Source: Octopus sinensis
Lineage: Eukaryota
Assembly (NCBI RefSeq): GCF_006345805.1
Contig: NC_043003.1
Span: forward strand, 100,378,001-100,442,000
DNA length: 64,000 bases
Direction of reading: 5' to 3'
Shown here: piece after piece, positions 63,031 to 64,000 of the stretch
Layout: each line of letters opens with the position of its first letter
How positions within the stretch are numbered: the first letter of the stretch is position 1
The notes under the pieces: model-generated
Database searches by the model: none
Told to the model about the DNA's origin: nothing
What the model saw: the letters and a program-made list of their open reading frames with translations, nothing else
Made by a program: the position numbers and the translations under genes

Positions 63031-64000
63031 TTAACCAGACAGCTTTCATATGAGATGCCTGAGAAAAATATGCAAAATAAAATGTGAGTGAGGGACAGTG
63101 ATATCTTGTCTATGTATAATATCCCATAAAAACTTTCCTAATCAGGACTCAACTGAGATGGTGTGGCCATGTTTCACAAATGAATGATGGTAGAGTTCCA
63201 AAAGCAAGTCTTTTATGGACAACTAAAAAAACTCATAACACAAGGTTGGCAGACCATTACTAGCATAAAGATATAGTTAGGAATAATTTAAAATGTGTCA
63301 ACATAAGTAATGACTGAGAGGGTATTGCAAAAAACTGAAAACTGAATAGAGAAGATTCCATCACCATGACCAGTTGCATGAAAAAAAGAAAATGAAAGTC
63401 AGAAAGCAAAATTATCAAAATATAAATTTTCAAGAGAAGAGATGAATCAATGGCCAGACACGTAAATGTGTAAATACACATATATACATAATAACTCAAA
63501 ACCTTGAGAGGAAAACTATTACTGAAAATGACAGATTAACAAGCCATCATTAATAAATTTGCATTTAATCTCTAAGCGATATTATTACTCAATGACAGAA
63601 AACATCAGTGAAAAGAGCTCCTTTTCAAGAAGAATTTAAATCATTTTAGCCTAAGACCTGGAGAAACAAGGATTCTAATTATAATACATTATGGATCAAT
63701 AGAATAAAGAAGGAATACTGTGCTAACAGCAATAAAACATACTACTAATTGCAAAACTTTTACTAAGGCTGAAAGAAGACTGCATAATTTGGAAGCAGAA
63801 ATTGAATAGTTGGATACTGATAAAAAATACTAATATTCTACAGAATGCCACAATCTGTAGGACTATTTTCCATAGTTCTGCAGAACTATGGAAGGTGAAA
63901 TTGAAATATATAAACTAGCTTGCAAATAGTAGGGATAAATACTGTATCCAAGAATAAAAACACTGACTTGTAAGATAAAGAAATATGATAGTTTAAACAA

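Larger units (their letters stand above)
54330..63260 (+). mobile_element. RTE (BovB-like) LINE, decayed, interrupted by a Gypsy and a piggyBac
   Basis: APE NIAALSETRL...GFAIKN...LINAYSPT (54500-54800). VINIPF|QLSDRYKTTWRH across the Gypsy. RT ESQCGF, FVDFR.AFD, GVTNGTKQRCVLAPMLF, FADDC. KHIN|Q..FHMRCLRKI across the piggyBac. Confidence 0.8.

Overview
Eukaryotic, very AT-rich, repeat-saturated nuclear DNA. It is most likely from an octopod cephalopod (inferred from tRNA-head SINEs with (GAT)n tails, abundant RTE and Penelope-like elements, and long (TA)n tracts). The window has a 100-N scaffold gap at 40414-40513. The only host gene I can identify is SNRPA1 (U2 snRNP A'), seen as two minus-strand coding exons (52634-52759 and 49557-49659) inside very large TE-filled introns. 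Most other sequence is decayed, often nested transposable elements. A Gypsy LTR element sits in a Tc1, which sits in a CRE-like non-LTR element (9.5-15.5 kb). A second Gypsy and a piggyBac sit in an RTE LINE (54-63 kb). Two more non-autonomous piggyBacs sit in a Penelope GIY-YIG ORF and in a Helitron-like element. There is also a near full-length CR1/L2-type LINE and a ~5 kb satellite of ~343-bp units. The most unusual signal is a non-coding ~553-bp unit at 3.9-7.4 kb, present as direct and inverted, circularly permuted copies, each carrying a type-I hammerhead ribozyme motif with a palindromic stem III. This resembles a retrozyme (a self-cleaving element that may form circular RNA). Several unrelated hammerhead-like motifs occur elsewhere in the window. 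All calls were made by eye. No database searches or folding programs were run, and TE fragment boundaries are approximate unless a TSD or TIR is quoted.
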